DNA from: Leidyana gryllorum EB-2025a
Taxonomy: Eukaryota; Protista; Apicomplexa
DNA length: 64,000 nt
Direction of reading: 5' to 3'
Assembly (NCBI GenBank): GCA_048772705.1
Contig: JBLWGC010000041.1
Coordinates: forward strand, 62,001 to 126,000
Each line of letters starts with the position of its first letter. Position 1 is the stretch's first letter. The position numbers and the translations under genes were made by a program. The notes beneath the pieces were generated by a model. That model was not told the DNA's origin, searched no databases, and was given only the letters and a program-made list of their open reading frames with translations. This document shows, one piece after another, positions 1 to 14,000 of the stretch.

Positions 1-1701
1 CGAAAATCAGCAATGATACTCACCTCGTTCAGGGATGTCAGGTACGTTTGGACAAAAGGGCCTCGAAGATTCCGGTCGGGTTCGGTGGCAGTCTTGTCAG
101 AGATTTCAATGAGCATTGAAATAAATCGCCCGACGGTATCAAAATACTCGCTGCGGCGTTGTTTAATGATAAACGGCTGCATTTCGTTGTCATTCAGTAA
201 CGCTGAGTGCGACTCTCGACTGAAAGACGTATAACTGAACGGAGTGTGCAGCTTCGAGTACACACTCGGCATCTTGACTTTACTTCCTGTCACGCTCACG
301 GTGCCCGTGTGGGAAACGAAACCTGGAGCGATCTTGCCTTTCCGTCCTCGCCGCGCCGGTGGGGGAGCAAGGCCGCCGGCGCTGGAAGCGGGCTGCGCGG
401 AGGCAGCTTGCTCGGGGGTGTGGGGAGTATCGCCGGCTAAATTGGCTGGTGCTGAGGGGCAGGGAGAGTCGCAAGCATCCATCAGAGGTGAAGGGGGAGG
501 TGACTGCGGAACTGGAGACATTGGAGCGTCCGTAGGCCCTGCAGAGCCACCGTCCAAGCTCGCATTGGGATTCTCCGAAATTGAGTCTTGGGGAAGTGTA
601 GGGGCTGAGGCGCTTGGTACTGGTTGACGAAATTCTGGGAACCGCGCATTGAGGAAAGCAGTAGCTCTATCCACAGCCGCAGATTGCTGTTGTCTGCGAA
701 CCCGGGTCAAATACTTCACGGCACGCCCTGTGAAATCATATCCAGGCTACAATTCATCACCATGTCAGCACTTACGACGCAGAAATAAGTCGGGCGTCCG
801 AGTGGGCTGAAGAACAATCATGGATAGATCAACAATTTCCGGCGTTGCCACCCCATTTACACATCACGGTGAACGTGGTCGATCAGTGGCTGACCAGTCG
901 ACGTGTACAGAAGCTCCGTACAACCGTTATCGGCCTTCCCGGAGACGGCGACCTCACGCCACACACCACACACCGAACGCAACAGTTCATACTTCACGGA
1001 ATCTACAACCGAACTTACTTGAGCAAGCTCGGGGGGTTCTAAAACATTGTCTGTATTTGGATCCCGAGCGACGAGAGGTTTAGAATTCACAACCGCCATC
1101 TCAATTTCCTCTCGCATCTTGTTCGCAATGTCGGACAATTCTGTGATTTTATCTTCAACCGCCGCCTGAAAGAGCCAATTGGCTTTCAGTGCAAGATGCA
1201 TAGAGCGAGCCGCCTTGTCAAGGAGGAAGCGAGCCATAGTTGTTTTGCCATAGCGCACTATGGCCAGCTGACTAGTGTGGTACAGTGATAGATAGGGCAG
1301 TTTGTGCATGTGTGTTACCAGAGTTGAGGTAGGTAGAAGTGTATCTCTTCATCAGGTCGCTTGTAGAGGAGGTTGACGAGGTAGTCATGAACCCCTTCCG
1401 ACTGGTGCCAGTAGAGATAGTACATGTGAAAGTGCGCATCGAACACTTCGGACGTGAACATACGTAACAGGCTCCCCCCATTGAGGTCACGTCTGGAGGA
1501 TAGCTGGCTACTCTCAGAATTGGAGTGTTGTACGATTTGTTCGTCAGCAGGCGGGGGGCCTCCGATATCTCGGTCCCCATCACTATTATTAGGTTGAGGT
1601 TCATGTTGGCTCGTTCCTGCAACAGACTCCAGCCAGCCGCCTTCCCGCGAGACTGACTCTCTGTGGGCCGTTGCCTCTGGAGGCGGCTCAGCGGCCCGCA
1701 T
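1..1701 (-). CDS. PI4KB: Phosphatidylinositol 4-kinase III beta, 5' part (runs off the left edge)
   Basis: N-terminal helical region LLRMFTSEVFDAHFHMYYLY..GVHDYLVNLLY..FYLPQL. A 47-nt intron (1272-1318) joins it to C-QLAIVRY..RFLLDKAARSMHLALKANW, as in apicomplexan PI4KIIIb. Confidence 0.85.
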
Positions 1702-1753
1702 GGACTTCCCAATTGAAAATTCGGCTACTCAGACGACAAAGTTCACACGGTTT

Positions 1754-3358
1754 TTACACCAACACAGAGCGAGTCGCGAACAACTCAGGTGCCATGCCTT
1801 CAAGCTGTCCCACCATAGCTTCAACCTGTTTCGCCCAAGTACGGAAGTGGTCTGACAGCAGCTGAATCCTACACAGGCCGCTTGTTGACATCATCTAAAC
1901 ATCCCACTTACTTTGGCTGGTCCAACAACCGGGGCTGCAGCGAGGTGAAAGCAACCTTCTGCTCCACTTGGTCTATGCTGCCGTTCATCAACCCATGAGA
2001 CATGACCTTCAACAGCAGCACCTCCACCTCCTCCATTCGCACCCGGCAGGTCTGGGCAATCTCAGCAAATGTCAACATTCTATTCCGTTGGGGCTTCTGG
2101 AACGCCAACTCCAAGAGCGCGAAGATCGTCACCTTTTGTTCGATCAAATTCATCTTGTCGCGCAACTGCAGCGACAAAGAGGCATAGGGGTGGGCGGTCG
2201 GAGCAAAGACAGATGTAATACGGGTGGGGAGACATCAGACGCACGAACACACACGCCCAAACACACACTAGTGGTTTCAGACAGGGTAATTTGCACACGG
2301 TGGTATGGGCGATTGATCTTACGTCAGGAGTGATGTTCTTTGCAGATTCCTGCACGAAGCTTTCAAAGAGTTGGTGGTCCCCGCTATTACAAATGACAAC
2401 AAGGTCTCTCAAAAATGCTTGGTCAGGATGAGCGAAGCCTCCTGGGGATATGCAGTCCAGAACAGGGTGTTGTAACTGCAATTGGGAGTGGAATTGTTAC
2501 AAATGGTCTCTGTGTAATGTGATACTCACCAACTCTGTGAAGCTGTATATTTTGGGGCTCAGCAGCACAGCTCTGCAAAGGTTTTGAGCCAACTGCACGA
2601 GATCCTCGGGTAGCAATGCGGCTGTTAGCGAATTGACGGGAGAAGGAGCGCAGGAATCTCCACTTACAAAGTTCAGTGCCTTCAAGATAGTGCATTGAAT
2701 GCTTATAGAACTTCTCGAGCTGTTGTTGAGACCAGCAGTATGCGGCTGCAGCTCTGTGGAACTCGGCTTGTGCTTCGCCGCTGAGTCCAAAGGTCTTTTC
2801 CACGGAGGGTTCCAGAAAGTCGTAGAGGAACTCCTCGCACTCCGAAACGAATCCTCCATGTAAGAGGTGGAAAGCTTGGATGGCGCGGTAGAGTAGCAGT
2901 GTATTGGTGTTATTTCGCATTCCAGATTCCCATACTTCGAGGAACTTGAGAGCGGGTAGGCCCTTGAAGGTGTCAGCGACCCTCCGTAGAATCATAAGCA
3001 ACTTGAGTTGATTGAGCTTCCCTGTGACAGGTCTGACTACGTGCACCAGGAAGGCGACGGCGAATTGAGGATCATTGGACCAGCAAGCCGCGAACTGTGG
3101 TGCGAAGAGGTACTCTTCAACAGACTCAGTGAACTGATGATACAGTCGTTTTGCCAGTCGCTCGTCTATGAGGTCCACTTGTTTAGCCACTTCAGCATTG
3201 TTTCGAGACCGTTCAATAGCGAGTTGTTCAGTCGCAGACACGTTGGAGGTTAATACACCATCTATGGGGCTCGGAAGTCGCAGAACACTCTCGAAGGTAG
3301 GCGGAACACCCCATACCAAAGCCTGTTGAGGCTCGTTGCTAGTCGAGGGATTCATCAT
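1754..3358 (-). CDS. RPN9: 26S proteasome lid subunit RPN9/PSMD13 (PCI domain), multi-exon
   Basis: KRLYHQFT, LNQLKLL, AVLLSPKIYSFTEL, R.LTFAEIAQ..VEVLLLKVMSHGLMNGSIDQVEQKV..LQPRLLD; last exon ends ..APELFATRSVLV*. Confidence 0.9.
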
Positions 3359-3368
3359 GCACAAACTT

Positions 3369-4929
3369 TTATTTCTGACACGCTACTATGAAACGCCCTA
3401 ATCCACCAGACAACTCTTGATAACATGGAGTCACCATGCAACGCAGTCCCAAAACCTGTCCTACGGACAAGGCATCTCTCAATGCCTCCTCTCGCTTATC
3501 GTGTTCGACAGGAAGCAGAAAGACAATGCGGCCTCCGGGCACGAGGATTCTTTCTGCTGTCTCCAGTGTGTCTCTGCATGGCGACGAGAGTGTAAGTGTA
3601 AGTGTATGGCTCGCGTCACTGTACCTTATAATGTCTGGAACGGCTCGTTGTGATGTTATTGGATACGAAGCACTTTGTGGTGAGGATGGCTGGCTGTGGG
3701 CAGAGGCTGGGCCCCCAGACTGTCTGGCCATAGCGCGTATGCCGTATGGGGGGTCCGTCAGTATCACATCGGCCCATCCTTTCCGTCTCCACACCTACAG
3801 AGTGGTTGAACGTCATAGGCTTCACGCCCCGTAATCCGCTTACCGGTCTTGAATTATCGCTTCGCACCAACTGGGGTGCTACGAGATCATAGTGTATAAA
3901 GTTGGCTTCCACGTTAGTCTTTTGTGGCGGATTGGGTACCGCTGGATTGACGTACGCGACGCCCCAGCCCCTCAGGACTCGACTGTCCAGATCTGAGCCC
4001 AGTGTCATCCCACAGCCACCGGCCGCTGCTGACAGTAACAGACTGCCGGTGCCGCAGAAGGGGTCCACGACCAGATCGTGGGGTTTGATAGATGCCTGAG
4101 AAGGGATATGGCGGTCGCATCGGAAGAGACTCTCGTGCACGATGTGGGTGTCACCGGTATTAAGCGTCTTACCAGATGGGCCATGATGAATGCCAATTCA
4201 TTGTCTGTTGATGTGGGACCGAGAATTGGACGGGTGCTGAGTTCAAAGCGACGCCAATAGGGGCCCTCCTTGGGTCGGGCTGCTTCGACGATGCCGAAGA
4301 TCGAGCGGCGGCATTTCTGTGTCGAGTAGTCAGCCGGTCCGGGAGGAAAATAGTCCTGAGAGGGTACTATTGGTTCGGATACGGGATCGATTGGTACCTC
4401 TAAGAGTGCTAACTGAATGCCTGGGTTGGCTAGATCAGCTTTCTCATCCCTATTGAAAAGGAATTGCAGCCTATTCATCCTGGCAACATTCTCCTTGAGA
4501 CTGAATGAATAATGGTGGGGAGCTCTGGTTCCGATTGAAAGAGGAGCTGACTTACGTGACACTCCGACCATAAGATTCGCAGTGGAAAGCAAAGGATTGG
4601 CGATCCTTGAGAAGTTGTTGGAACCGAACTGGGTCAACGTCTCGTTTGGCATTGAGAACCATTTCGTCTTCGTTAGTTCCTTCTGCCAGGACTCTAACGA
4701 CCAATTTGACCATCACAGACACTGCCGGCAGAGCCTTGAGGAGCTCTACTTCCCGGCTGTTCTCCTCCAATCCAGATATATAAAGGCACTTCTCCGTGTC
4801 ATTATCCCTGCTGTCGCCCCAGACCCTGTCAGCAAAGTCACTGTCCCAGTTTCTTAGAACAGCTTCTATCTCGGTATATCGAGCATCGCTAAAATCTGGC
4901 GAGCAGGCAAGCCAAAGGGCGTATCTCAT
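3369..4929 (-). CDS. TRM11: tRNA guanine-N2 (m2G10) methyltransferase catalytic subunit, multi-exon
   Basis: RPILGPTSTDNELAFIMA, DLVVDPFCGTGSLLL, GSDLD, DVILTDPPYGIR, LVPGGRIVF. Confidence 0.88.
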
Positions 4930-5039
4930 GGAAAAATTGCTGTGTGCTGGGGGGTGGCCTGCTCAGGACTTTCTCAGACACTTTTTTTTCTGTCAAGGGA
5001 ACTGTAGCGGATCTTTATAGTTTGAGCCCGACATTGTAG

Positions 5040-8000
5040 ATGAGCTCCGATCACTACAGGGAAGTAACCCCTACAAGCCATGTATCCACCAGCCAGTACG
5101 CTGATGCTGGTGATTGCCTCTCGCCTCGGCGATTGCAGAAGCATGAGGATCGCGTCCAACGGTCTCATCGCTTCACGTCACCCTATCAGTCGATCGTAAT
5201 TGAGGTGGTCAGCGGGCACTCTTTTTCTCACCCGACTAAAGCTATTGCCAAGCCAGAGATCCATGTAACCCTTGGCGTTAATTCGTACCCTACTCATCGA
5301 GGCAAATTGATCAATAATAACGGTCTATGGTCCTTTCAATGGCGCGCTGGCTTACCCTATCGCGGGGAACCCCGTCTGAGGTGAGATGCACTCACGATCA
5401 ATTGGATTGCTCTTGACACACACACGTTCGATACATCTATATATATATATATATCTGTCACCCCACATTGATTATGTGTCCTGAATCGCTGTCAAACTAT
5501 TATTCCTCGGAACCGTTCCCTCCCCGTCACCTCCTTTCTAATCGGCTCTATCTTCAAATGGCCCCTGCAGATTCCTCCTAGTGGACACAACCTTGAGTCC
5601 CCCGACTCAGGTTGGTTTTTATGATGTCAACATCACTGGGAACAATTTGCCATCACGTCCCCAAGTCCAAGAGCTGACGTTGCTCGGCAAGCGGGGCACT
5701 GCTGGCCACTTGACGGTCCTCTTCCATGGCTCTGAGAAGCCAGTCCGAGGACCGTATCTCATGGACGCTGTAACACCTGTGGCCGTGTCGAAAGACGAGG
5801 CGGTCACTGCTCCTCCGAGTCCGGGCGCGCAAGCGGCCATCACCGAGCCCTCGTCCCCTACACAACGCCTGACACAGGCTGAGTACTTGCAAACCCCTAC
5901 TGAAAAGGGCAACAATAGACGCACTGTGGTGGTGTCAGTGTCCGAGGCTAAGGATTTGTATTCGTTTGAGCACGGAATCTCAGCAGTTCAACCCCTTATC
6001 CGCGCCAAGTATGGCGAAGCTTGCCTCGAAACGGAACCTGCCGACAATCAAAACGATCAAGCCATATATGATCAGAAATTCATCTTCCCTAATCGCGGAT
6101 TACGTTATGTTCATCTCGAGGCTGTCGATATGGCCTCAGGCGGCACCCGTTTGGGCGAAACCTACGTTGATCTCGATGCATATGTTGACAAACCTGTGCA
6201 AACAGTTGTCATCCCCCTATCTCACGGCCCTGACAACCGCGGCACCATTACAGCCAAGGTTGATTTTTATGATTATCACGCATCATACCGTAAGCGGCCG
6301 CACAGTTCGACTACAATCGACATCTGACTTCTTCTCTCTGCAGCCGAAGTCAAGAAAGATGATGTACGCACATCGCGGCTGAAGGCGCGTTCCGATAGCG
6401 AAGATTCGCGGGATACCGCCAAATCTAGCGCGGGCATGAATAAGATCGCGACGAAGAAACCGATAACAGCAAAGTCGCTACGGTTTACCCCACAGGTTGT
6501 AATCATGGGTGATGGAAAGAGTGATCCCCGCGACATAGTTGTCCGAGCTCGTATCGGTCGCAATTGGTTGAAGAGCACTGCCGCGCGTGGAGTGGTGAAT
6601 GATTGCACTCTTAATGAAAGTTTCATATTCCCCTATGAAGCACAACGGAACCTTAAAGTGGTGGTTTTCGCAGAAGATCAGCGTAAATTTGTAGGTTCCA
6701 ACAAACTGGATCTGGAGAAGTTTGTGAATGCTGAAAGACCCAAGGCAGAATACGTCCGCATCCCAGTTTTGGACCGTTCCAAGAAGGGAGTGGCCCAAGT
6801 TGAGGGTATTATCGAACCCCTCCTGTGGCCCACTGCCCAGCCGTTCACTGAAGATGGGGTCTCCACGGCCAAAGACCGCGAAACCGCCGACATTGACGCC
6901 CACCCGGCCATGTTCACCGCCCCAACGCCCACCGAGTGCTTCGAGTTCAAACCAACATTTGTGGAAGACATCAAGAAACCTCGCAAGATTCATGTAGAAC
7001 CCTACATCGTCACTGTCTATGATGGGAAAGAGTTGGTTGGACCGCCTGCGAAAGAAAAGAGCGGTCGGGCTGACTTCTCAACCAAATTTGTCTATCCCAA
7101 ATCCGACTCGGCCCTCATCAAGTAAGTTCTGCCTCACTTCACTCCACTCTCTATTCCACCAACAGAGTCTCTGTATACGATCGGACGCGTTTGACCAAAG
7201 ATCTTCTGTGTGGTGTTGGAGCCATAGACTTGAGCGAATATGCCGACGCAAAGGGCTTCAAGGGTCGCGTTCCCCTTTATGATGATAAACATATCCAGCA
7301 AGGATGGCTCAGCTTTGAGCTCGATTGGATTGAGGAGGTCTCCAATCCGACCACCTGGACTGTGGCGGGCAAATCCGCCCAAAAAGTCCCTGAAGACACG
7401 TCTGCCAGTGTCAGTGGAGAACCCAGCGGCGTTCCACGACACGAGGTCAAGTCGGTCAGAATCCGTATCTTGGAAGGCCGTGGCCTCAAATCCAACAGTA
7501 TCCTCCACAACACCAGCAGCGGTATTGACGCCTTCCCTCAAGTCACGCTGGGTTCCACTCAGCTCAATGGTACCAAGTGCAAAGGCGTCAAGGATCAGTG
7601 TGACTTCAACCAGGAGTTCACCATGCCGTATCAGCCCCAAAGATTCGTCACAGTCTCTGTTCTCGAAGACTTGGCTCTTCATCGCAATGTCACACCCGTT
7701 GGACTCGGCCGCATTGATCTCGATCAGTATCTCAGAGAACCGGATCGCGACCATCGCAACACCATCACTCTTCACGATAAGAAGGGTCAGATTGCCGGCT
7801 ATGTCGTCGCTGTCATCCACCCCTCCACCAAGGCGGTGGAGAGGGCAAAGGTTCTGGAGAGCAAAGTTTCTACAGCCTCACCGTTGTCCAGCACCAAGGC
7901 AACCCGTTTGGATATTATCAAAGCCACTGGCCTCACTGATCTCACCACCCCACAGAAGGAGGATCTCCGCTGCTACTGTATCGCTGGGCAGAGCGATTCA

Positions 8001-11000
8001 AAGGTCAAAGGCAAACGCAGCAAAGATAAGGGACCCGAGCCTCGCTTCACTGACGCTTTCGTCTTCCCATACAAATCTCACCTCCCCATTGCCTGTGGAG
8101 TCCTGGCCAGATCGCCACTCAAGAAGGACATTGTGGTTGGAAACTGTACCATCCCTACCACTGGACTCAGTGCCTTGGGCGACGAGGAAGGTATCAAGCC
8201 CACTGATGATCTCACTGTTCCTCTCACTCTCAATCGTCAAGTTGTTGGCACTCTTCACTACCGTCTCAGCGTCGTTGAGATGTCTCTGGGCAACGCTCGC
8301 AGACTTCAGCGTGAGGGAGAGCTTGAGAGCGACGGCAGTGAAGACAGTCTTGTGGCCGACAACCTCGGCAAATCACAATGGCCTACCTGCAAGAGCTTCT
8401 GTGTTACTGCCATCCGGGGTGACAGTCTGAAACACCCGAGAATGCAGGCCTTCGACACGCTGGACCCGTACCTTGTGTGTGTCTACGGTAAACACAGCCT
8501 CAAGGGAGACGTGCTGCCAAACGCTGGGCCCAACCCAGTCTTCCGCGAGGGCTTCGAGTTCCCTGTGAGGGACTATAAGACTGTCAGATTGGAAGTCTGG
8601 GACCGCAGTCGTGTGTGGAAGAACGCACAAGTCGGTTATGGTAGTATCGATCTGGAACGTTTCTTCGTGACTCTGGCCGAACGCACACCAATCACTGTGC
8701 GTTTGTATGACAAGCGCGGCGAGTATGCTGGCGCAGTTTTGTGCGAAGTCACAACAACGGACCACCCGGCGGGCTCTGCGGCTATATACAACCACAAGGA
8801 CGGAGAGCGGTTCGGCATCGGCCACGACGTCAGTTACATTTCTGAGAACCTGAACGAGCCGGAAAGCCAACTGCAGAGGTCCGATGTACCGTATGGTGGC
8901 TTCGACGTGGAGGTCGTTAGAGTGAAGGATCTCAAGAATCCGCGAACAGCGGATGGCAGCGGGAAGTTCAACCCATACCTCAGATTGAAATACGCGGGCA
9001 CTCGCGCCAAAGGGTCCCGCTATGTTGACACCACTGGCACTTACAATGTTGGTGATGCATTCCACTTCCCCTACAAGCGATTCCAGATGGTTCGACTGGA
9101 TATGTATGACTATCAGCCTGGGAAGGTCGATCCTCTCATTGGCCGGTGCAACATTGATCTGGACAAGTTGATCACTGACGGTCAGGAGGTTAACAAGAAG
9201 CGAGTGGCTCTTGAAGACAAGAGCGGGGCGGACGTGGGTCATGTGTTCCTATGCATCAGATTCAACGATGGTGTTGGTGAAGAGCCTTTCGCTGACTTGG
9301 CGATCCCTGAGTCCGGTGGAGTGATGCGTTCGGCCTCTGACGGTGAATCCAGTCATGGTCTGACAGAATCGGCGATCAAAGATCACGAAATTCAGAGTTT
9401 CCGTGTGCAATTGATCGAAGCGCAGGGCCTGAACCGCGATATGAGTACTTCGAAGGATTCGGAAGAGAGATTGTTGAGTCCTTTCGTCATCGGTCGATTC
9501 GGTTACCGCAGTCTGCGTTCCGAGACGCATCGCGATGCGGGTGACAACGCGGTGTATGACGAGGACTTCGTCTTCCCGTACAAACCGCTGCGCAAACTCA
9601 AATTGACTGTGCGGGACAACGTGAAGCGAGGACGTGACGACGACATTGGATACGCCAAGATCGACTTGGATCAGTTCTTGGGATCCACTGATCCCGCGTA
9701 TTACACCTGCAATCTGTATAACGCCAGTAATGTGGCCAAGAAGGGTGAAGCGGGTACCCTCACAGTTTGTGTCATTCCTTCCAAGAAGGCCGAGAAGAAA
9801 GCCTTTATTGAGAGACGCATGGCACCTCCGGAGGAGACAGTGCAGTTCACTCGAGCGAGTTTCCATATCGACGATCTTACCCTTATCACTAAGAGCACTG
9901 CTCGGTCAAACTTTGACAAATTCGCTCCGTACATTGTCACCAAATACGCCAACAAATCTCTCCGTAGCACCACTATCAAAGATGCTTATGACACTACCAA
10001 AGTTCCTGATCGATTCTGTTACACTGCTCGCCCAGCGAGCTTGGTGCATGTCACTGTGCTCAATAACGCCCGCTTCGCGCCCGATAAGATCGTTGGATCT
10101 GCTCAGCTCGACGTCGCCAGTCTCGCCGGCAAGAAGAGCGCTGTGGAACCGTTCACGCTCCGTCTCAACGACAAGTCGGGAGTCGCGTCCGGAGAGCTGC
10201 GCGGGAACGTCTACTTTGATGACTGGTTGGTACCCAGCGGCGCATTAGTCAGCCGTAGCGATGAAGTTAAGAAGGGCTATCTCAACAAGAAAGCCGTTCT
10301 CGAAGCCGACGAGCAGCAAGCGGACGAAATTGACGACCTTCACAAATCCACTCTCGTTACCGACTTCAAGTCGTTCGACCTCCACGTGGTGAACGCCGAT
10401 AATCTCAAAACGAGCGCTGGGAAGAATGAGGTCTTACAACCGTTCGTCCAGGCCCGCTATGGTAGCGAGAAACTCAAGACCGCCACCGTCAAGAACGGCC
10501 ACACTCGCCCTGAGTTTGGCGATACACTCTCTTTCCCCTGGAGAGGCTATCAGTACCTGCAGTAAGTTCACCATCTCAAAGCGACAAAGGCAAACCGCTT
10601 TCTTCCTTTTCTCCTCTCAGTGTCGAGGTGAAGGACAACGCTCGCTTGGCTCGCGACCCCGTCTTGGGACAGGGTGTGATTGATCTCGATGAGTATATGG
10701 TACCACAGGCGACCAGCCGAATGATACCGCTGGAGTTGAAGACTCCCGATGGCAAATCGGGCGGACTCTTGAATCTCCGGTTTGAGCCCAGTCGAACCCG
10801 TCTCGACAAGGGAGTGGTCAAGTCTTACAGAGCCACCGACACGATGGTCACCAACAAGTCGGTGAAGGATGACGAGCAACTCGACGACGAAAGAGCGGAA
10901 GAGCAGATTGTGGGAGGAAAGGCGACCGGCAGCCGATCCTATAAGATCACAGTCGAGTCGGCTTCTGGATTAGAGAATCCCGATACCTCGGTCCCGGCGA

Positions 11001-14000
11001 ACCCGTTTGTGATCGCCTATGTGGCTAAAGACAAACTGAGATCTCAGAGCGTTCGTAATCCGGGCGGAGAAGTGCGGTTCGGAGATCAAATGTATTTCCC
11101 TCACAATGGTATGAAATGGGTGCGGTTCCAAGTCAAAGATAACAAGAGATTCGGGAGAGACCCCACCGTCGGCTACGCCTATCTCGATGTGGAGGACTTC
11201 CTCTACAACAAGGAGGGCGGTTCCTTCACTCTCCCTGTTACCGACAAGAAGAACGGTACACAGACCGGTTCTCTCCGTGTGAGCTGTCAGCCGAGCGAGA
11301 TGTCTGTTCAGAAGCCTTTCATAATCTTCCCTGAAGGTCTCGAGGACGCAGATCAGGAAGTGTCTAAAGTGTCGACTACGGCGAAGAGTGTAAACATTGA
11401 CATTATCTCTGCTGAAGGCTTACCCACAGCTATCGCTGAGACTCGAAACGAAACGCTCCAGCCTTTCGTTGAGGCCAAGTTTGGTCACACCAGACTCAAG
11501 ACCGCCACTGTACCTGATGGAGGCAAGAGTCCGGCGTTCGGCGACCGTATGACTTTCCCGTATGACGGCAAACGTCTGATTCAGTTCCGCGTTCGTGATA
11601 ATGTCAAGTTGGGCTTCGACGCCACTGTCGGAGAAGGCGCGATCGATCTGGACGAATACATTGGCAACTTGTCTCCTGTGGACGTCAAAGTTCCGTTGTC
11701 GGACTACCACGGCACTCTGAACCTCCGTGTCCATCCGAGCGAAGAGAAGGTCGCCAAAGCTTCAGTTTTGAGCCCATGTCATCGTTCGGCTTCTGTTGAG
11801 CCCGGTGACCAGGATTTGACCCGCAGCAGTTTGAGCTCACCCAACAAGGGTCTGAAGATCGAGATCATCAGAGGAGTCAAGTTGACTAAGACTCAAAAGA
11901 ATGACATTCTGCAGCCATTCGTCATCGGATCTCTCGGAAAGGACAGACTGCGCACCAACACCATCAAAGATGGTGGACGGGATCCCGAGTTTGGCGATAT
12001 TATGTACTTCCCCTATAAGGGATATCAGAACCTTCAGTAAGTGGCACTGAAAGCGATTTCTCTCCTTATAACTCTCGACCTCAGCTTCGTCGTCAAAGAC
12101 AACGCCCGGTTGGCTCGTGACCCCCTTGTCGGTAGCGCCAAGTTGAATTTGGATCACTACATCAACAACCCTCCCACTGACATTGACGTGCCGCTGGCTA
12201 ACGAGGGTATTCCGACCGGTCTGCTCAAAATCCGTCTCACTCCCGAGAGTCGCACTTATCCCAATGCGATGATATACTCTCCAGTCTTAACCAGCCCGAC
12301 CGACGACGAGAGCGACGACGAAGCCGTCAACACTGCCTCGAAAGTGACCACCACCGCGAGGTCCTTCAAGATCGAAGTCCTGGAAGGATCCGGTCTCTCG
12401 CCTTCGAGCAAAAATGAGGTCCTGCAGCCCTTCGTGATAGCTTCCAGCGGAAAGGACAAACTGAGAACCTCCACTGTGCCAAACGGTGGATCGCATCCCA
12501 AGTTTGGGGACAATATGCTGTTCCCCTACCGCGAATATCGGAATGTGCAGTAAGTGGAAATCGAAAAAGGGTCCGCTGTGTACTGACTGAACTCTTTCAT
12601 TCAGCTTCGTGGTCAAAGACAATGCCAAGAGACGACGTGATCCGGTCGTCGGTCGTGGCACTCTGGACTTGGATCAGTATATCAATGGTCCTGGAGAGGT
12701 TTGCACCGTGAAGCTGTGGTCCGATCAAATGACTGATGGTGGCACTTTGCGCCTCAAAGTCACTCCCAGCACCACGTCTCTGGAGAAGGCGAGCGTTGTT
12801 ATGGCTCAGCATGGGACTGTTAGCGAGCTGAGCGAGGAGCAAGATGACTTCCGTGCATCTCTGGTGCAACAGACTCGCGCTCGGTCATTACAGGTGAATG
12901 TAGTTCAGGGTGTGAATTTACCGCAAACCACTCGTGGTCCCGGTGGAAAGGAGCTCCGTCCGTACGTGATGTGTCACCACGGTAAGGATCGTCTCCGAAG
13001 TGAGACTGTCAAGAACGGCGGCCGCGACTGTTCGTTCGGCGACCAAATGTTCTTCCCGTACAACAAATACCGCTACATGAGAGTCTACTGTAAGGATAAC
13101 GTGAGATTGGCCCGTGACCCAGTGGTGGGTCGCGCCGAGCTCGATATGGATCAGTACATCAACGCGGGACCTCAAGAGGTCGAAGTCAAGTTGCTGAACG
13201 ATAAGGGAGAAGCGACTGACTCTGCTGTCCGTCTCCAAATCATCCCTTCGGAGACTCGTTGCTCCGCCGCTTACATTGTTCCCGCACCGGCACAGGCCCA
13301 GGCTTCAGCTGCTGTGGCCAATGAAGTCGACAGTGATGATGACATGGCGCCCAGCAAAGTCACCACCAACTGCAAGAGCATTGCAGTGCAGTGTATCGAC
13401 GCCAGCAACATCCCCTCACCGACAAAGTCCACCAAAATGAAACCCTATGTGATCGGTCGCGTCGGTAAGGATAAGCTGAAGACTCAGACTGTCGTCGCTG
13501 AGCGCGACTCGGCCGTTTTCGGAGACACAATGTATTTCCCATACAACAAATTCCGCAATCTTCAGTAAGCAATAGAGGAGCCATTCGTGACTTCCCAATC
13601 AATTAACTCGTTGCGTGCAGTCTCAAGTTCAAAGAGAACGCCCGCCTGGCAATCGACCCCAAGATAGGATCGGCAGTGGTGGATCTCGATCAGTACTATA
13701 ATGCAACGGAACCGCAGGCGGTGACAGTGCAATACACTCGCGATGGCGGATACCGAGGCGAAATGAGAATTTTGATCACACCGTCCACCAAGTCTATTGA
13801 GAAAGCGTATGTTGTCTCACCTGCCAATGCGGTTGCTCGGGCCGCCATCAACGAGGTCCCGACCAGTTATGTGGAACAGGAGGCTGTGACTGAGGATGTC
13901 GAGGTTGACGATGCTGTGTCTCGGGTGGACAGTACCGCACGTTCCGTCAGAGTTCAATTCAAACACGCCGAGAACATTCCCAAACCCAGCAAAGCCACCA